In this document: in pieces, positions 60,241 to 64,000 of the stretch
How positions within the stretch are numbered: the first letter of the stretch is position 1
Layout of the letters: the number at the start of each line of letters is the position of its first letter
Source of the DNA: an uncultured delta proteobacterium
GTDB lineage: Bacteria > Myxococcota_A > Polyangia > Fen-1088
Assembly: GCA_963737265.1 (NCBI GenBank)
Contig: CAVTRY010000011.1
Span: 224,001-288,000 of the forward strand
Reading direction: 5' to 3'
DNA length: 64,000 nt
The notes under the pieces: model-generated
Database searches by the model: none
Told to the model about the DNA's origin: nothing
What the model saw: the letters and a program-made list of their open reading frames with translations, nothing else
Made by a program: the position numbers and the translations under genes

Positions 60241-60917
60241 GATCGATGCTCGTCGCGCTCGTGCTCGCAGCCTTCGCGGGCTCGTGCGACTTCGCTTCTG
60301 CCTTTCAGCGCTATTGCGCGAACAACCCGCGCTGCCTGACCGACGCCGGGGCTATCGACGCCGGGATGATCGACGCGCAGGCGGCGGGGGATGCCGCCGA
60401 CGCCAACAACGGCCCGCCCATTCCGCCTCCGACCAACTGCGGACCTTCCGGCGGTTGTGCGACACCCAGTCAGGTGTGCCACCCCTTCGGCCAAGTGTGC
60501 ATGAATCTTTGCAACACCTCCGCGGACTGTCCACCGTACCTCGACACCTGTGTCGAGATTCGGGATCCCGCCGGCAATGTGCGCACGCCCAAGGTGTGCA
60601 CCTGCACCAGCGCCCAGGTCTGCAATACCTACTCGGCTGGTTTCACCTGCAATCCGGCGGACAGCTTGTGCGAGCCCCTATGCGCCAGCGGAGGAGACTG
60701 CGCCATGTACCAGCCCCCACGCTTTTGCGATCAGCTGAGCGGGTTGTGCCAAAGTACGATACCGTCCTGCTCGAGTGGCGCCGACTGTTCCCCCGGTCAG
60801 CCACGCTGCGATCCCGTCACGCTCCGGTGCACCGGCTGCGTGACCGACTCCGATTGCTCGGGCCGCCTCGACGGCCTGGTGACCTGCGGGGTGTCCGGAA
60901 GTTGCGTAGTGCCCTAG
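60237..60917 (+). CDS. Cys-rich repeat lipoprotein
   Basis: Lipobox AGSC; repeated C..SADC/C..D.DC modules. Confidence 0.8.
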   Translation: MRSMLVALVLAAFAGSCDFASAFQRYCANNPRCLTDAGAIDAGMIDAQAAGDAADANNGPPIPPPTNCGPSGGCATPSQVCHPFGQVCMNLCNTSADCPPYLDTCVEIRDPAGNVRTPKVCTCTSAQVCNTYSAGFTCNPADSLCEPLCASGGDCAMYQPPRFCDQLSGLCQSTIPSCSSGADCSPGQPRCDPVTLRCTGCVTDSDCSGRLDGLVTCGVSGSCVVP

Positions 60918-61027
60918 CGTCGAGGCGGCTGAAACTATTTCTTAGGGGCACGTCGAGTTGAGCGCAGCCGGCGCGAGCGTGGTTGTCACATTGGTCTGGA
61001 GGTAAGCCGGGGTATTCTCTTGTGCGT

Positions 61028-62830
61028 TCAGCCCGGCGGCAGGATCATCATCACCATCGCACTCGGGGGAAGGTCGATGGTGAACGCGTTGGTGCCGGCT
61101 TGCGCGACGCCTGCGAGCGTGGGTAGCGTGTCCGCACCCGGGTTCGCGACACCGTTGATTTGAAGCCCGACGGCCTCCTGCGGCGCATTGCCGGGGGCAT
61201 TGCCAGCCGGAAGGAGAACCCATTTCGTGCCCGTCGCCGCCGCGCCAAAGCCAGCCACATTCACCGTGGCCGCGATGTCCGTGGCCGGGTCATTGTTCAC
61301 GAGAAAGAGCGTGAGGTTTCCGGCGGTGTCCTTGGCCGCGTAGGCCCGCAAGGAGGCATTGGCGCTTGTCGCTGCCACCTGCGAGGCTCCGAATTTTTGG
61401 GAAAGAAGGTAGTATGTGTAGTAGTCGGGAACCGGATTGTAGTTGGAGGTCAGGCCATTCTTGAGATCCCACTTGTTCGCTCCGACCCAACCGTTCGAGG
61501 CCAGCTCCAACAGCAGCTGCGAGTCGAACATCGCTTCGACATACAGGCTTCCCAAGTCGCCCGCCCCTTGCGTCGATTGGAATTCCGTCATCCGGTAGGG
61601 GATCTTCCCCACGTACGCCGCACCGTAGACCTGCGACACCATGCCATTGACCGCCGTGGTAAAGGTCGCGATTTGGCCCACGGCGTCCAACACACCCTTG
61701 TCGAGTGTCGGGCCCGCGACGGTACCGCCGCCCATGGTGAAGGGATAGTCGTGGACGATGAGGTAGTCGGGGACGAGTCCCTTGGCCTTGATTGCGGATA
61801 GCACGCCGACCGTCCACCCGGGGACGTAATTGTCCGCCATCGCAACGGCTCCGATAAGGATAGTCGAATCGACCGCTTTCATGGCGTTGTAGTAGTCGGC
61901 GAATTCGTTGCCGTAGGTTGTGGCGTCCGTATGTCCCTGCTCCCAGGATCCATAGTCCTCGTTGCCAATTTCCCACACCTGGGCGGCGTAGTGGTTGGTG
62001 ACGTTCATGTAAGTCACCCACTGCGCCGCCAGGCTAACCGCTTGATTGTGGGTGTATTGGGTGTTGCACCAGTAGCCGCTGAAGTTGACGATCGGCTGCA
62101 TGTGGGCGCCGAAGCTCGAAATAAACGCGATCGCCTGGTCGGTCGTGGAGGCTCCCCCGGAACATTGGGTATTGTTCCACGCGACGATGTCGCCCCACGA
62201 TCCGCCCGGCCAACGAACCTGAGGGTATCCGACAAGCTTCATCCGGTCCTCCCAAGTGGATTCTCCCGAGTTCACCAAGGAATTCCACGCCTCGATATTG
62301 GTGCTAAAGATGTCGCGCGGGATCGTGCGAAGCACCGACGAGGCATCGACAGCGACCACCGGGTGGGCAAATCCGGAAGTTCCACCCGATGACACCGCGC
62401 CATCCCGTCCAGTACCGGCGTCGCTCCCACCCGTCGTATTTCCTCCGCTGCCGGAGGTGCCGCCCGATGCCGGTTGCCCGCCAGAGCTGGTCGCACCGCC
62501 GCCTGTCCCCGTTGTGCCACCCGTGGCTGGTGCGCCGCCGCTTGTCGAGCCCGCGATCCCGCCCGCGCTGGTCGTTCCGCCAGTAACCTGCTGTCCACCT
62601 GTCCTTGCCGTGCCGCCCGTAGCAGGCGCGCCGCCGCTTGCCGAGCCCGCGGCCCCGCCAGCGCTGATCGTTCCGCCCGAGCCTTGCGCTCCGCCCGTGC
62701 GCTGGCTTCCGCCGGCCGCGCCCGTGGTACCACCACTCTGTGTTCCCGCTGCAGGCGTGGTGTTCCCGCATCCTCCGATCGAGAGAGCGACCAGAGTGGT
62801 GGCAGCAAGAGCAAACAGCGGTCTTCCCAT
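61028..62830 (-). CDS. clan GH-A glycoside hydrolase lipoprotein (GH51/79/44-like) with Gly/Thr linker
   Basis: IGGC lipobox, RWPGGS, WEIGNE acid/base, MTEF nucleophile. Confidence 0.8.
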   Translation of the reverse strand: MGRPLFALAATTLVALSIGGCGNTTPAAGTQSGGTTGAAGGSQRTGGAQGSGGTISAGGAAGSASGGAPATGGTARTGGQQVTGGTTSAGGIAGSTSGGAPATGGTTGTGGGATSSGGQPASGGTSGSGGNTTGGSDAGTGRDGAVSSGGTSGFAHPVVAVDASSVLRTIPRDIFSTNIEAWNSLVNSGESTWEDRMKLVGYPQVRWPGGSWGDIVAWNNTQCSGGASTTDQAIAFISSFGAHMQPIVNFSGYWCNTQYTHNQAVSLAAQWVTYMNVTNHYAAQVWEIGNEDYGSWEQGHTDATTYGNEFADYYNAMKAVDSTILIGAVAMADNYVPGWTVGVLSAIKAKGLVPDYLIVHDYPFTMGGGTVAGPTLDKGVLDAVGQIATFTTAVNGMVSQVYGAAYVGKIPYRMTEFQSTQGAGDLGSLYVEAMFDSQLLLELASNGWVGANKWDLKNGLTSNYNPVPDYYTYYLLSQKFGASQVAATSANASLRAYAAKDTAGNLTLFLVNNDPATDIAATVNVAGFGAAATGTKWVLLPAGNAPGNAPQEAVGLQINGVANPGADTLPTLAGVAQAGTNAFTIDLPPSAMVMMILPPG

Positions 62831-63066
62831 AGCGAGGCCCTTTCACGGCGTCAAAATAGTCCACCTCGGTAATGTGCGGGTACGTGGCGAACCTTCTAGT
62901 GCGGGAGAAGACGTCGTTTACTGGATAGTAAGGGCGCGCCACCGTCGCGCCGGCGAGTGCGGCGGTCGTGTATAGTCTTGACCGAGGCGCCGTTTTGAAA
63001 CGTATCCTTCCAGTGGGCGTCAAAATCATCACCTTGGTAGCCCCTTGATGGGATACACTGGCTGCC

Positions 63067-63942
63067 GTGACAGAGACAGCGCCATCAGGCGACGGCATGG
63101 GCGGCAGTATCGATCTCATCGCAGCGATGTCCAAGCAAACCAGCGCGGGACAGCAAGAACTCGCGACGCCGACGCACCTCGGAGGCATTGGTCGCGGCCG
63201 GAACATGGCACTCGTCCTTCTATTGTTCGCGGCCCTCCTTTTCGCCGCCTTTTGCGAGGGCTACCTTCCCCTGATCTCGCTGCCGTTTGGGCTCTCACTG
63301 GTCGGCGGTCTGGCGTTGGCTATGTGGCTCGCCATGCGGACATCCACGGCGCGAATGTTGGCCCTGTTGCTTTCGATCTTCTTCATCGAATACGCCAAAG
63401 AGACCATCGGCATTCGGTCGGGACTGTGGGTGTATCACGGCGTTCGAGGGCAATACCTCTTCGGCGTTCTGGCGTGGGTCGTCGCAGGAGTATCGACGCA
63501 CGCTCTTTCGACGGGTGTCGCCATCCCACTTCTGCGGCGGCTCGACCTTAAGGCTCCACGCTGGCTAGGCTCGGCGACGCTGGTTGGGTTGTTCGCATTG
63601 GTTCCGCTGACGCTGGGTCCGTACTGGGCTGGCACGGGAGCTCTCTTCTGGTCTTTCTACGCATTCATGCTGGCGGCGACGCTGCGCGGGACGCTGCGAA
63701 TGCCTTTCCCCGTGTTCGGTGCCATCGCTGTTTCTGCGTGGCTGGTGGGCAACCCGGGCGAATTCCTGGGATCGGTCAGCAGCGGTGCTTGGACGTTCCC
63801 GCACAATCCCGACTACCCGCCCTTCTTCTTGCTGGCCAGTTGCTGGCCGCTGGAGATCCTCGCCCAGTATTCCCTGTCCGCCTTTCTCGCCGGCGAGCCG
63901 CTCGTCGACAAGGTGCCATCCAGCAAAGGATCCCACGCATGA
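63067..63942 (+). CDS. multi-pass membrane protein
   Basis: About 8 hydrophobic helices; internal repeat E..G..SG.W.(Y/F). Confidence 0.7.
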   Translation: MTETAPSGDGMGGSIDLIAAMSKQTSAGQQELATPTHLGGIGRGRNMALVLLLFAALLFAAFCEGYLPLISLPFGLSLVGGLALAMWLAMRTSTARMLALLLSIFFIEYAKETIGIRSGLWVYHGVRGQYLFGVLAWVVAGVSTHALSTGVAIPLLRRLDLKAPRWLGSATLVGLFALVPLTLGPYWAGTGALFWSFYAFMLAATLRGTLRMPFPVFGAIAVSAWLVGNPGEFLGSVSSGAWTFPHNPDYPPFFLLASCWPLEILAQYSLSAFLAGEPLVDKVPSSKGSHA

Positions 63943-64000
63943 CCCATCTGTCGGCCGACGAAAAGACCCTGCGGAGTTTGCTGAAAATAAGCGGCGTCAC
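63939..64000 (+). CDS. start of a downstream CDS (partial)
   Basis: ATGA overlap; MTHLSADEKTLRSLLKISGV. Confidence 0.5.
   Translation, partial: MTHLSADEKTLRSLLKISGV

Overview
GC-rich (visually ~65%) bacterial chromosome segment, most likely from a Myxococcota (Polyangia/Haliangiales-like) deltaproteobacterium, judged from a MYXO-CTERM sorting tail, a Ser/Thr kinase, a TSP3-OmpA protein and ECF/FecR modules. Roughly 1-41 kb is housekeeping: the nrdR-ribD-ribE-ribB(X)-ribH operon, csp, an RpoH-type sigma, hisC, dacB, rarA, ino1, rpsB-tsf-pyrH-frr, dnaG-rpoD, rlmI, radC, recQ, M16/M13 peptidases, GH27 and an rsmB-like gene. Roughly 41.3-57.4 kb is a metal-homeostasis island marked by four copies of the palindrome ATGCAA-N5-TTGCA, a candidate operator of the resident Zur-like regulator. 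Its left half is a mosaic of decayed metal genes (P1B-ATPase, MerC, TonB receptor end, two cbiO remnants around a PIN toxin-antitoxin pair) plus orn, a WD40 gene and a COG0523 GTPase. Its right half is an apparently intact uptake operon: His/Cys-rich leader ORF ending RAPKTSPP -> structured spacer -> TonB_C-fused TonB-dependent receptor -> two uncharacterised lipoproteins -> ExbB/ExbD/TonB -> small Cys lipoprotein. This operon is the best candidate for an undescribed system. An ECF-FecR module and a clan GH-A glycoside hydrolase follow. Several single-base frameshifts look like sequencing indels. All calls come from motif recognition only; no searches were run.
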